Assembly: GCA_964410165.1 (NCBI GenBank)
Contig: CAYPFT010000004.1
Span: 1-51,466, forward strand
Direction: 5' to 3'
Length of the DNA: 51,466 bases
Origin: an uncultured Candidatus Saccharibacteria bacterium
GTDB taxonomy: Bacteria; Patescibacteriota; Minisyncoccia; Phycocordibacterales; CAIJYI01
Both the position numbers and the translations under genes were made by a program. Below the pieces are notes generated by a model, which was not told the origin of the DNA, ran no database searches, and saw nothing but the letters and a program-made list of their open reading frames with translations. Positions 39,815 to 50,042 of the stretch are shown here, piece after piece. Numbering within the stretch: the first letter of the stretch is position 1; each line of letters starts with the position of its first letter.

Positions 39815-42290
39815 AAAAAAAGCACAGCGAGTCGAAGATCTTTCCGTGTATCCTCTTCTCATCATGGAAGAGTATTTCCCGCATGAATTGCGGCATCGAA
39901 TTTTTCATACTTTGTTTCCGGTACTCTCGTTTCTTCTCCTCTTTATCTTCGTCCTTGGTTTCGCCGGGCAATATCTTCCGGCGGACAACGAAGCTCTCTC
40001 AGAGCTTATAGCCGCCATTTTGCCGAAGGTTCAGGGCGTATTTCTGCTCTTTCTTTCATTTTGGCTCATCGTGCACCTCTTTGAGAGTTTTTACAGCGCT
40101 GTTTATTTTCATAATCGCGCCTATAAACTCAATGTTCTGAATGCCGCACGAGGCACGAATTTCCCTTTTGAAATATCTTCGGAAGTCGCGAGCATTTTTT
40201 ACAATACCCGCAAAAATGACATTACCCGGGCATTTGCCGAGTCGCCGCTTGGCGCCGCGATACTGCTTCGATGCGGAATTTTATCGGAGGAAATGCAAGA
40301 ATTTCTTGGCTCGCGGCAATATATACTTGAACTCAGCCTGCACGACATGCATGAAGCGCGCGTCGTCGCCATGGCGGATTTTGCGCTTTTTCTTTTTAAG
40401 AATTATTCGGAATTTTCGGAATACTTGTTCAAAAAAGGAGTTGCGGAAAAAGATTTTATCGGCGCCGTGAAGTGGGTGGCGCGGGTTGATGAGGAAATGC
40501 GTTTTGCGGAACGGTGGTGGAGCCGCGACAATCTCGCGAAATTAGGCTCGCTCGGGCGGGATTTCGCGTACGGACAGACGTATCTTTTGGATAAGTATTC
40601 CCGTGAAATGACGACCGGCAGTACCGCGCCGTTTGAGCGGGAACCCCATTGGAAAAATGAAGTGGATCAAATAGAAGCCGCGCTTGCCAAAGCGAAAGAA
40701 TCGAACGTCATAGTGCTCTCCGACGACGGCGTCGGCGCGATTGACGTTATTTATGAACTTGCGCATGAAATTGACGCACGCGCCGTATCTCCGGTTTTGC
40801 AAGACAAAAGAATGCTTCTCGTTGACACGAATCTTCTTATGGCGGCCGCGAAAGAAAAAGGCATTTTTGAAGAAGAATTTATCAAGATGCTCAACGAAGC
40901 GGTCGCCGCGGGAAACGTGATTCTCGTATTTGATCATTTTACGTCCTTTGTCGGTGGCGCGCGGGCGATCGGATCCGATGTCATTGACATCTTGAATCCT
41001 TACCTCGTTTCTTCCGGCGTTCATGTTATCGCGCTTGCCGCGACGGAAGAGTACCATCGAGTGCTTGCTCCGAGCGGAGAAATGTCGGCGCGATTTGAAA
41101 AAGTTCAAGTAAAAGAGCCCGAGAGTTCAAAAATTCTCACGCTTCTTGAAGACTCCGCGCTCGCTCTTGAGGGCAAGTACGGCGTTTTCTTCACGTATCC
41201 GGCGGTGGCGGAAGTGTTTCGAAGCGCCGAAAACTACTTGACCGAAGGCGTTCTTCTCGATCGTGCCACGGATCTTTTGCTTGAACTTCCGCCTTATATA
41301 CGCCAGCAGGGCGAAAGCATCATAGAAAAAAGCGCCGTGCTTGATTTTATCCGCTTCAAAACCAAGATGCCGGTCGGGGAGATTCGCGGGGAAGAGCGGC
41401 AAAAGCTCGAGCATTTGGAAGAAGAACTTCATAAAAGAATCGTCGGACAGGACGAAGCGATCGTCGCTATTTCAAACGCGATGCGCCGTTCCCGCGCCGG
41501 CGTGCGCGATGAAAAAAAACCGATTGGCTCGTTTCTGTTTTTCGGGCCGACGGGGGTGGGGAAAACGGAAACGGCGAAAGCGCTTGCCGCGGTCTATTTC
41601 AACGATGAAAAGAAGATGATGCGACTTGACATGTCCGAGTATCAAGGGGAAGACGCGCTCCGCCGATTGATTGGCTCCTTTGAACAGGGGAAGCCCGGAA
41701 CATTAACGATGCTCCTCAAAAATTCTCCCTACGGCGTACTGCTTTTGGATGAGTTTGAAAAAACTTCTCTTGACGTGCAGAACCTTTTTTTGCAGGTTTT
41801 GGACGAAGGCTTTTTCTCGGATATGGGCGGGCGTAAAGTGAACGCGCGCAACATCATTTTTATAGCCACGTCAAACGCAGGAAGCGAGATCATGTATGAC
41901 GCGATAACGCACGGTGACAACGTACACGCGCTCAAGCAGTATATTATTGACACGATTATTAAAAAAGGGACGCTCAAGCCGGAACTGCTGAATCGTTTCG
42001 ACGGCGTCGTACTCTTCAAACCGCTTGAAAAAGAAGATTTGCGGCAGATAGCCCGCCTCATGGCGGAAAATCTGAAAATCCGCCTCAAAGAAGAACAACA
42101 GATTAATTTAACGGTGAACGCCGCGCTTATAGACACGCTGATGAAAGAAGGGCAGGACATCGCGTTTGGCGGCCGCCCGATGGCCCGTGCCGTAAAAGAT
42201 AAAATTGAACGCGTGATAGCCGAGAAGATTATCAGCGGGGAAGTGCGGATGGGGGCGACGGTGGAATTGACCGAATCCGATGTGGCGTAA
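39807..42290 (+). CDS. Membrane-anchored Clp/Hsp100-type AAA+ ATPase
   Basis: Two N-terminal TMs; D2 IVGQDEA, GPTGVGKTE, RLDMSEY, LLDEFEK, PELLNRFD. Confidence 0.88.
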   Translation: MPEKKAQRVEDLSVYPLLIMEEYFPHELRHRIFHTLFPVLSFLLLFIFVLGFAGQYLPADNEALSELIAAILPKVQGVFLLFLSFWLIVHLFESFYSAVYFHNRAYKLNVLNAARGTNFPFEISSEVASIFYNTRKNDITRAFAESPLGAAILLRCGILSEEMQEFLGSRQYILELSLHDMHEARVVAMADFALFLFKNYSEFSEYLFKKGVAEKDFIGAVKWVARVDEEMRFAERWWSRDNLAKLGSLGRDFAYGQTYLLDKYSREMTTGSTAPFEREPHWKNEVDQIEAALAKAKESNVIVLSDDGVGAIDVIYELAHEIDARAVSPVLQDKRMLLVDTNLLMAAAKEKGIFEEEFIKMLNEAVAAGNVILVFDHFTSFVGGARAIGSDVIDILNPYLVSSGVHVIALAATEEYHRVLAPSGEMSARFEKVQVKEPESSKILTLLEDSALALEGKYGVFFTYPAVAEVFRSAENYLTEGVLLDRATDLLLELPPYIRQQGESIIEKSAVLDFIRFKTKMPVGEIRGEERQKLEHLEEELHKRIVGQDEAIVAISNAMRRSRAGVRDEKKPIGSFLFFGPTGVGKTETAKALAAVYFNDEKKMMRLDMSEYQGEDALRRLIGSFEQGKPGTLTMLLKNSPYGVLLLDEFEKTSLDVQNLFLQVLDEGFFSDMGGRKVNARNIIFIATSNAGSEIMYDAITHGDNVHALKQYIIDTIIKKGTLKPELLNRFDGVVLFKPLEKEDLRQIARLMAENLKIRLKEEQQINLTVNAALIDTLMKEGQDIAFGGRPMARAVKDKIERVIAEKIISGEVRMGATVELTESDVA

Positions 42291-42384
42291 ATAAAGTCAA
42301 TTTTATACGACCTCATTTTTACAGCCTTGCTAAGCCATTTTTTGGCGTCAGTGCCGAGAAAATTTCAGAAAAGCCAATTTTTGC

Positions 42385-42482
42385 TTGACAAATTGTACAG
42401 CATGGTATACTCTTAAAGAGTTCCTGATCAGGACGCATATATAAGCCCCTTCCCGAACTTATAGTACGGAGGGGCTTTTTTT
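42385..42482 (+). ncRNA. Candidate ~65-nt small RNA (promoter, hairpin, terminator, no ORF)
   Basis: TTGACA 42385, TGGTATACT 42403-42411, TCCTGATCAGGA, AAGCCCCT...AGGGGCTTTTTTT. Confidence 0.45.
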
Positions 42483-42574
42483 ACCACTTCTTTCTTTTTC
42501 TGTCCATACAGTCATTTGTACCTCCTCACACCCTAAAAAATATCTTTATTCTAAAGAAGCGATAGTACACACGA

Positions 42575-42661
42575 ACCCCCTCCCAATCTCCCCCTTTGAA
42601 AAGGGGGAGAGCCGACCGTCGTGCCTCCTCCTCTCTTTAGAGGGGAGGATTGAGGTGGGGT
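42575..42661. repeat. REP/REPIN-like inverted doublet
   Basis: ACCCCCTCCCAATCTCCCCCTTTGAAAAGGGGGAGA ... CTCCTCTCTTTAGAGGGGAGGATTGAGGTGGGGT. Confidence 0.7.
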
Positions 42662-42746
42662 GTGATGGATTACAGTCATTTTCTTGCATATGCGTAATAG
42701 CCGGATTAATTCGGTTGATAAGGAGAATCGCAAATACACCCTATCA

Positions 42747-42790
42747 CGCCTATAGCTTTTTCTAGCATATGCTAGAAAAAGCTATAGGCG
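42747..42790. repeat. Perfect 44-bp palindrome
   Basis: CGCCTATAGCTTTTTCTAGCAT|ATGCTAGAAAAAGCTATAGGCG. Confidence 0.9.
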
Positions 42791-42925
42791 GCAAAACTGA
42801 AATTCAGTTGATGAAATTATGCGAATGGAGGTATTTGCGGCTTGGATTAATAAAAAGAAAAGCGCTTTTGGTTTTTATGCCGTAAGCGCTTTTTTATGGA
42901 AGCGTACAATGAAATTGCTTCATGT

Positions 42926-43312
42926 TTACACTTCCATGTGATCATCTTTATCTCCATAAACTTTTTTGTGATGCTCCAGGCGGCAGTCATGTGCGAAAAC
43001 ATGAAGCCATGTTGTTTTTATCGGTAGGCGGTTTTTCCATCTTCGTTCATTTGGATCTTTTTCGATGCGTTCCAAAACAAAAGACTTAAACTTCGGCCAG
43101 TCGATCTGATACCGCCGGAGAGTGGCGTAGGCTCGTATGGCGGAAATATGCCCCAACGGGGAATATTTTTCCGAGAAAGTTTCGGGGATATTTTTCCGAA
43201 TCCATTCGCGGAAGTTTTTAATGCTTCCTCGGTGCTCAGAGTAAAGCACGGCGAGCCGCCATATTATGATGGCAAGAAAAAAGAGGTTAAGGTACAAAAC
43301 GGCGTGAGTCAT
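42926..43312 (-). CDS. Hypothetical single-TM protein
   Basis: AGGAG SD, N-terminal hydrophobic helix. Confidence 0.65.
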   Translation of the reverse strand: MTHAVLYLNLFFLAIIIWRLAVLYSEHRGSIKNFREWIRKNIPETFSEKYSPLGHISAIRAYATLRRYQIDWPKFKSFVLERIEKDPNERRWKNRLPIKTTWLHVFAHDCRLEHHKKVYGDKDDHMEV

Positions 43313-43367
43313 AATGGCTCTCCTATAAATAAAATGAAAATTGATTTTTTGCTTTGTTTAGTATAGC

Positions 43368-44354
43368 ATGAAATTTATGACAGTGTCAAGGAATTTTTGG
43401 GACGAGCTGAAAAAACCGATTTTCGCACTCGCGCCGATGGCTGATGTGACCGACGCGGCTTTTCGGCGCATCGTTGCGAAGTACGGAAAGCCCGATGTGA
43501 TGTTCACGGAATTCGTTTCCTGCGATGGGTTGATGAGTGACGGTCGTTCGCGGCTTTTGCGCGATCTTGAGTATACTGAAAACGAGCGACCGATAGTGGC
43601 GCAAGTTTTCGGAGCCGTTCCCGAAAATTTTCGAAAGACCGCCGAACTCGTCCGTGAGCTCGGGTTCGACGGTATTGATATCAATATGGGGTGTCCGGAG
43701 AAGAACATCCAAAAGCAAGGGTCGTGCGCCGCGCTTATGAAAACGCCGGAGCTTGCAAAAGAAATAATTTTAGCAACCAAAGAAGGCGCCGGCGGTTTGC
43801 CGGTATCCGTGAAAACGCGCATCGGATACCATAAAAACGAGATTGAAACGTGGCTCCCGACGCTTCTTGAAACGAATCCCGCCGCAGTAATACTTCATGC
43901 TCGCACCAAGAAAGAAATGTCGGATGTTCCTGCGCGGTGGGACGTGGTGGCGCGCGCTGTCGCAATACGCGACGAGTTCAAAAGCGGCACGCTTATTCTC
44001 GGCAACGGCGATGTGAAAAATCTTGCGGACGCGAAACGAAAAGCGGAGGAAACGCGCGTGGACGGCGTGATGATCGGGCGCGCGATTTTCGGCAATCCGT
44101 GGCTTTTTTCGGAAAGGGAGCCGGAACTTTCTTTGGAAGCAAAGTTCCGCATCATGCTTGAACATACCTTTCTTTTTGAAGAGCTGTTTTCGGGCGTCAA
44201 AAACTTCGCCATTCTGAAGAAGCACTATACGGCATACGTTGAAGGGTTTCCCGGCGCGAAAGAACTGCGAACACAACTCATGGCGGCTGAAAATGCCGAT
44301 GAGGTCGGCAAGCTCATCGAAGCGTTCGAGCGACGAAGACGCTCGGGTGCGTAG
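43368..44354 (+). CDS. dus: tRNA-dihydrouridine synthase
   Basis: LAPMADVTD, DINMGCP, VSVKTRIG, HART, GNGD, MIGRA.FGNPW. Confidence 0.95.
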   Translation: MKFMTVSRNFWDELKKPIFALAPMADVTDAAFRRIVAKYGKPDVMFTEFVSCDGLMSDGRSRLLRDLEYTENERPIVAQVFGAVPENFRKTAELVRELGFDGIDINMGCPEKNIQKQGSCAALMKTPELAKEIILATKEGAGGLPVSVKTRIGYHKNEIETWLPTLLETNPAAVILHARTKKEMSDVPARWDVVARAVAIRDEFKSGTLILGNGDVKNLADAKRKAEETRVDGVMIGRAIFGNPWLFSEREPELSLEAKFRIMLEHTFLFEELFSGVKNFAILKKHYTAYVEGFPGAKELRTQLMAAENADEVGKLIEAFERRRRSGA

Positions 44355-44362
44355 GTCATATC

Positions 44363-44878
44363 CTATATTGATTTCACCTTGAGGCGATACTGTTTCTCTT
44401 TATCAATCTTCGGTAACCGAATGATGAGCAGTCCGTGCTTTTCCATCGCCTCGGCTTCTTCGGCGACAATCTCATGAGAGAGAGAAATCGTCCGTGAAAA
44501 CGTTCCCCAATAGAGCTCTCTGCAGAAATAATCTTCATGCGTGACACCGCGCGGAGCCTCGCGCTTGCCGCTGATGAACACTTTTTCCGGCGTAATGGAA
44601 ATAACCAACTCATCGGGGCGGACGCCTGCGGTCATGGTTTGGATGATAATTTCACTTGGCGTATGGTAGACGTCAACCGTAAGCTGTCCGTCTTCTGCTT
44701 CCGCCGCAACGCTCGCTTGCTGTTCGGGAGAAACGAAAGGGTAAGGCGGCGGCAGGGGCTCATGGTATACCATGTTGGTACTGTATACGGCCGGAACGGC
44801 GACATCGTCCGCTTCCTCGTCGCTTATGACGCCGGTAAGTTTTTCAAAAAATGATTTTTTTCGGAATTTGTTAAACAT
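44363..44878 (-). CDS. Hsp20/alpha-crystallin small heat shock protein
   Basis: GQLTVDVY..ISGKR..ELYWGTFSR..GLLIIRLPK. Confidence 0.9.
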   Translation of the reverse strand: MFNKFRKKSFFEKLTGVISDEEADDVAVPAVYSTNMVYHEPLPPPYPFVSPEQQASVAAEAEDGQLTVDVYHTPSEIIIQTMTAGVRPDELVISITPEKVFISGKREAPRGVTHEDYFCRELYWGTFSRTISLSHEIVAEEAEAMEKHGLLIIRLPKIDKEKQYRLKVKSI

Positions 44879-44882
44879 AGAT

Positions 44883-45686
44883 TTATACGCTTTCGGCTTG
44901 CCGCGGCGCCACATCGCACAGCGAGCGTTTGATTTTTTCGAAGAGAAGGATGATGACGATTATTACCCCCCACAGCAATGCAAAAACATTAAAGAGATAC
45001 TCCCCGTTGCTTATCATTATAAGATAATTGAAAACAGTGTGCAAGAAGATGGCGATGCCGAGCCCGGCTCCGTGATACAATAACTTTTTCCATTTTGATT
45101 CGCAAAGACCGAAAGCGATGGAAAAGCCGACGAGCGCGGAACACGCGACATGAAGAAGGGAAGCTCCCACGAAGCGGAGCTGTCCCGTCAGTATTCCGTC
45201 GGCAAAACCGCCGTCCAGTATCGAAGAAAAAACAAAAAAGACATTTTCGAGCGCCGCGAAGCCGAGTGCCGCGGAAATGAGGTACATGACGGCGTCAATC
45301 GGCTCGTCAAAATATTTACTGCGAAGGCCGGAAAGTATGGCGGCGGCGTGCTTCGCGAGCTCTTCAATGGCCGCCCAATAGACAAGAACGAGAAAAGTTA
45401 TCGCACCCGCCGCGTCCATGACCGCTTTTTCCAAAATGACGGCAAGAGGAACGCCGAGCATTCCGAAAGCGAATGCGGCGAAAATAATTTTTTTCGGTTC
45501 AGGGTGGGCTTTGTCTTCCTTGAGCCAAAACCACAGCCACAAAAGTGCGGGAAGAATGCCTCCGAGAAGCGCGGCAATGGCATTGCTCGCATCTTGGGGG
45601 TACTGTACGGCGAGGACGGTTATGGCAAAAAGAACAAAGCCGACGAGGCTTGTTTTCCGTATGCTCACATGATGGTGTATGGCCAT
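44883..45686 (-). CDS. prsW: PrsW-family intramembrane metalloprotease
   Basis: HPEP, EELAK, DEPID, LGFAALEN, LH..FN. Confidence 0.9.
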   Translation of the reverse strand: MAIHHHVSIRKTSLVGFVLFAITVLAVQYPQDASNAIAALLGGILPALLWLWFWLKEDKAHPEPKKIIFAAFAFGMLGVPLAVILEKAVMDAAGAITFLVLVYWAAIEELAKHAAAILSGLRSKYFDEPIDAVMYLISAALGFAALENVFFVFSSILDGGFADGILTGQLRFVGASLLHVACSALVGFSIAFGLCESKWKKLLYHGAGLGIAIFLHTVFNYLIMISNGEYLFNVFALLWGVIIVIILLFEKIKRSLCDVAPRQAESV

Positions 45687-47836
45687 GTTTCAATAAGAAG
45701 CAATTTTTTGTTTTTCTCCGGCGGAAGCATCTCCCAGACTTCTTCCGTGACGAACGGCATGAATGGGTGGAGCGCGCGGAGATTGGTTTCAAGGATTTTC
45801 CAAAGCGTCCATTGCGCGGACTTCTTGCTTGTTTCGTCGGTGCCGGAGAGGCGGGGTTTCGATGCTTCTATTGTAACATCCGCGAGCGTATGCCAGAAGT
45901 AGCTATAGAGTTTTTCGCCGGCCAAGTAGAATCGGTACTTTTCAATATCCTCCGTCACGTCTTGCATAAGCGCGTCAAGTCCCGCGAGTGCCGCTTTGTC
46001 TTCATCCAGAAGTTCCGGCATGGTATTCGGGTCAAGCCCCTCGATATTTGAGAGTACGAACCGCGCGACATTCCAAATTTTGTTTGCAAAGTGTTTGTAG
46101 CCTTTTATCTTGTCTTCATAGAGAGCGGTTGAGGTTCCCGGAGTGTTGCCGATGATAAGCCCCATACGCAACGCATCAGTGCCGTATTTGTCAGAAAGCT
46201 CAAGCGGGCTTATGACATTTCCGCGGCTTTTGCTCATTTTTTGGCCGTCTTTCGCGGTAACAAGACCATGGAGGTATACATCTTTGAAGGGAAGTTTCCC
46301 GGTGCGGTAGATGCCGAACATGATCATCCGCGCAACCCAAAAGAAAATTATTTCTCCGGCAGTTTCCATAACATCGGTCGGATAAAATCGCTTAAAATCT
46401 TCGCCGTCAGGAAATCCGAGCGTTGCGAACGGCCATTGCCCGGATGAGAACCACGTATCAAACGTATCGGTATCTTTTTTGACCGCGCCGCCGCATTTCC
46501 GGCAGGAAGCAATACGGTCTTCGACATCCACAAAACCTTCGTTGCATGCTTCACAGAGTTTCGCCGGAATAGGGATGCCCCACACAATCTGACGCGAAAT
46601 GTTCCAGTCTTGAATGTTTTCAAGCCAGTGAAGCATTATTTTTTTGTATTGATCAGGATAAAATCGCATTTCGTCCTTCTCGACTTTATCTTTTGCCGCA
46701 TCCGCGAGTGGCTTCATGCGTACGAACCACTGATCTTGTATTTGCGGTTCGATGGGTTGTTCGCATTTATAACAGACTTTGACGTTGTGCTTATATTTTT
46801 CCTCCACCTTTGCGAGCAAGCCTTTTTCTTTGAGTTTTTCGACGATTTTCGCCCGCGCTTCATTCGTTTTCATTCCAGCGAACTCTCCGGCAATAGGCAA
46901 AAGCTTCCCGCGCAAATCAATAATCTGCTCGCGGTCGAGACCGTGCCTCTCCGCGATGCCGAAGTCGACGGCATCGTGCCACGGGGTGATGGTCATAACA
47001 CCGGTCCCGAATTCCATATCAATAGCTTCGTCTTTGATGACCGTCGCGGTAATGGGGCCGTTGATCCATTCAAGGTCAATCCTCTGCCCGTCTTTGTATT
47101 CCGCGTATCGCTCGTCCTTCGGGTGCATCACTACATACTTGTCGCCGAATTTCGTTTCCGGACGGGCGGTGCCGATAGTGAACGGTCCGTATTTGAAGTA
47201 ATAAAATTGTCCCTCTTTTTCTTTGAACTCCGTTTCAATGTCAGAGAGGGAAGTCTGGTGTTTGGCGCACCAGTTGATAATACGTTTTCCGCGGTACAGC
47301 AAGCCGTCATCGTCGAGTTGTTTGAATGTACCATAAACTATATTTCGTATGTCATCGTCAAGCGTGAATTTTTCGCGCGACCAGTCACAGGATGCGCCGA
47401 GTTGCCGGAGCTGCCCTTCCATGAAGCTCTTGTTGCCGAGCGTGAAATCCATAATCTCGCGATACAGGTCTCCTCGTTCCATACCAAATCGCGATCGCCC
47501 TTCTTTTTCAAGCTTCTTTTCATACACGACCTGCGTTTCAAATCCCGCATGATCCGCGCCCGGCACCCAGAGCGTTTTGTATCCATTCATGCGCCTATAG
47601 CGAGTTATAAGGTCTTCAATGGCAACAAACACGGCGTGTCCGGCGTGCAAAGAACCGTTCGCGTTCGGCGGTGGCATGATAATGGTAAACGGCTCTTTGT
47701 GCCGCTTTGGAAGATTATCCGGATTGAAATACCCGCTTTTTTCCCAGAGCGTGTAAATTCTTCCTTCGGTTTCTTTCGGGTCGTAGGGGGCCAAAAGTTT
47801 TCCATTGAGCTTTTTCGGCAATTTCTCGTGCGTCAT
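45665..47836 (-). CDS. valS: Valyl-tRNA synthetase (short form without C-terminal coiled coil)
   Basis: PPPNANGSLHAGHA, DWNISRQ..WG, DTWFSSG, KMSKS, LHPFMPF. Confidence 0.95.
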   Translation of the reverse strand: MTHEKLPKKLNGKLLAPYDPKETEGRIYTLWEKSGYFNPDNLPKRHKEPFTIIMPPPNANGSLHAGHAVFVAIEDLITRYRRMNGYKTLWVPGADHAGFETQVVYEKKLEKEGRSRFGMERGDLYREIMDFTLGNKSFMEGQLRQLGASCDWSREKFTLDDDIRNIVYGTFKQLDDDGLLYRGKRIINWCAKHQTSLSDIETEFKEKEGQFYYFKYGPFTIGTARPETKFGDKYVVMHPKDERYAEYKDGQRIDLEWINGPITATVIKDEAIDMEFGTGVMTITPWHDAVDFGIAERHGLDREQIIDLRGKLLPIAGEFAGMKTNEARAKIVEKLKEKGLLAKVEEKYKHNVKVCYKCEQPIEPQIQDQWFVRMKPLADAAKDKVEKDEMRFYPDQYKKIMLHWLENIQDWNISRQIVWGIPIPAKLCEACNEGFVDVEDRIASCRKCGGAVKKDTDTFDTWFSSGQWPFATLGFPDGEDFKRFYPTDVMETAGEIIFFWVARMIMFGIYRTGKLPFKDVYLHGLVTAKDGQKMSKSRGNVISPLELSDKYGTDALRMGLIIGNTPGTSTALYEDKIKGYKHFANKIWNVARFVLSNIEGLDPNTMPELLDEDKAALAGLDALMQDVTEDIEKYRFYLAGEKLYSYFWHTLADVTIEASKPRLSGTDETSKKSAQWTLWKILETNLRALHPFMPFVTEEVWEMLPPEKNKKLLLIETWPYTIM

Positions 47837-47919
47837 AGAGGATACTATAGCACAGAGTTCTTCTTTTTTGGAACACCTTCGGCTTGCGGGCATTCTTTGA
47901 AACGGGTATCATGGTAGGC

Positions 47920-49296
47920 ATGAATGGCGTTACTCTTCTCCCAAAGATTTTTTCAGCCAAAAAGGCGGAAAGTTTCAGTGCGGAAAAAATTACGACGCTT
48001 CAAGAAAAACGTTTCCGGAAACTTTTGCGTCACGTCGTGCGCCACTCGGAATTCTACCGGCGGCTTTACGCCAAGCGCGGGATCACGGAAAGGAACATCG
48101 GCTCGGTCGCGCCAAAGGACATCCCCATCATTGATAAGAAAATTCTGATGGAACATTTTGACGGACTTGTTTGCGACGGCCGGTTGAGGCGGGAATCTTT
48201 GGAAAAATTCATTGAAAAACCGGAGAATCGCGGCAAAAAATATCCGGGCGGCTTTCAAGTCATCCACACTTCCGGCTCAAGCGGTCTTGTCGGGCTTTTT
48301 ACCTACGGGCCCGGCGATTGGACGCAGGCGAAGGCGCTTGCCGTGGCGCGAGTATCCAAGGGTCCGGCTTCTTTTTCGAGAAAAACGCGCCTTGCGTTCA
48401 TCGGGGCGACGGACGGGCATTATGCGGGGGTCAGTCTGGTGAAAGACGCGCCGAAATTCATTTTCGATATTTTGCCGATCTCCATAAACAGTCCTTTTCC
48501 GGAAATTACCAAAAAGATAAACGCTTTTTACCCCGATGTGCTTTCAGGCTACGCTTCCGGCGTGTTTCTTTTGGCGCAGGAAAAGATCCGCGGAAGCGTC
48601 CGCATTTCACCGAAGCGCGTTATCACTTCGGCGGACACGCTCACTTCCGAAATGCGCGCGACCATAGAGAAGGCGTTCGGCGTTTCTCCGACGAATTTTT
48701 ACGCCTCTTCGGAATCGCTTTGCATGGGTGCCGAGTGCGACGCGAAACATTCGCTCCATCTTTTTACGGATTGGCATCGGTTTGAACTTCTCGGAAAAGA
48801 CGGAAACGCCGTGCCGAGAGGGGAGGCGGGGAATCTTGTTCTTACCAATCTCTATAATTATACCGAACCGCTCATTCGATACCGGATGAATGATGAACTC
48901 GTGATAGATGAAGGAACTTGTCCCTGCGGGTCGCCGTTTCCCGTACTCAAGACCATTGCGGGACGATCCGAAGACTTTTTGTGGTTTGAGAACGAGCGCG
49001 GGATGTTAGACTATCTCCACCCGATTCTTTTGGTTGAATTTTTCGTCTCCGGCATTACAAAATTTCAGTTTGTGCAGAGCGGAAAAAATTCTCTTGTCAT
49101 GAAAGCGGTACTGGAAGATCCAAGCCAAAAAGAGAAAATAATCCAAGCCGCCGCATTTCGCATGGGACAGATATTGAAAGAAAAAAAACTTGACGCATCG
49201 GTCGTCTTTACGGTGGAAGAGGCGAGCGATATACCAAATGATCCGAAGACAGGAAAATTCAAACTCATCATCCCCTATAAAATTATCGAGAAATAG
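47920..49296 (+). CDS. Phenylacetate-CoA ligase/CapK-like adenylate-forming enzyme
   Basis: HTSGSSG, YASSE, TNL.N..PLIRY, CPCG..GRSED, TGKFK. Confidence 0.85.
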   Translation: MNGVTLLPKIFSAKKAESFSAEKITTLQEKRFRKLLRHVVRHSEFYRRLYAKRGITERNIGSVAPKDIPIIDKKILMEHFDGLVCDGRLRRESLEKFIEKPENRGKKYPGGFQVIHTSGSSGLVGLFTYGPGDWTQAKALAVARVSKGPASFSRKTRLAFIGATDGHYAGVSLVKDAPKFIFDILPISINSPFPEITKKINAFYPDVLSGYASGVFLLAQEKIRGSVRISPKRVITSADTLTSEMRATIEKAFGVSPTNFYASSESLCMGAECDAKHSLHLFTDWHRFELLGKDGNAVPRGEAGNLVLTNLYNYTEPLIRYRMNDELVIDEGTCPCGSPFPVLKTIAGRSEDFLWFENERGMLDYLHPILLVEFFVSGITKFQFVQSGKNSLVMKAVLEDPSQKEKIIQAAAFRMGQILKEKKLDASVVFTVEEASDIPNDPKTGKFKLIIPYKIIEK

Positions 49297-49354
49297 AGAG
49301 AAGACTTTAGAGAGAGTAGCGCTACGGGAAAGAATAGGGTATACTGGAGCTATT

Positions 49355-50026
49355 ATGAGAAAATATTTTTCTATCTTACTTGGCATACTTCTCGTTTTCG
49401 GGGCGATGGCGTGGTATTTTTCTTCGCAAGAATCGGCCGAGGCGCCTTCTTTGGAAACGATAGGCGCACGAAGCGCCTCGGAGACCGCCGCCGGCGGCGA
49501 ACCGCAAGCGCCGACGAAAACACGAACGGCGTCCGAAAATAATAATCAAAAACACATGAATACCATTACCATAGAAACCAATCACGGCGCTATCGTCTTC
49601 CAAACGTATAATGACGATGCCCCGAAAACGGTAGAAAACTTTATCACGCTTGCCAAAAAAGGCTTTTACGACAATGTCATTTTTCACCGCGTTATCAAAG
49701 GTTTTATGATCCAGGGCGGAGATCCGACCGGCACCGGCGCGGGCGGTCCGGGGTATGCGTTCGCCGATGAACTTGATCCGAATACGCCTTCATACAAAGC
49801 GGGATACAAAAAAGGCGTGGTTGCCATGGCGAATGCCGGTCCAAACACGAATGGCAGTCAATTTTTCATCATGCTCGAGGACTACCCGCTCCCGAATAAC
49901 TACACGATATTCGGCAAAGTCGTATCGGGGCAGGAAACGGTGGATGAAATCGGCGGCGTAAAAACAGGAGCGAACGATAAGCCCATTGAACCGGTCAGTA
50001 TAAAGAAAGTTACGGTATCCGAATAG
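49355..50026 (+). CDS. Membrane-anchored cyclophilin PPIase
   Basis: FHRVIKGFMIQGGDPTG, AMANAGPNTNGSQFF. Confidence 0.95.
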   Translation: MRKYFSILLGILLVFGAMAWYFSSQESAEAPSLETIGARSASETAAGGEPQAPTKTRTASENNNQKHMNTITIETNHGAIVFQTYNDDAPKTVENFITLAKKGFYDNVIFHRVIKGFMIQGGDPTGTGAGGPGYAFADELDPNTPSYKAGYKKGVVAMANAGPNTNGSQFFIMLEDYPLPNNYTIFGKVVSGQETVDEIGGVKTGANDKPIEPVSIKKVTVSE

Positions 50027-50042
50027 AACAATTATTTCAATC

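Noticed and set aside
42291-42925. Replication origin
   Set aside because: No DnaA-box cluster or adjacent dnaA/dnaN
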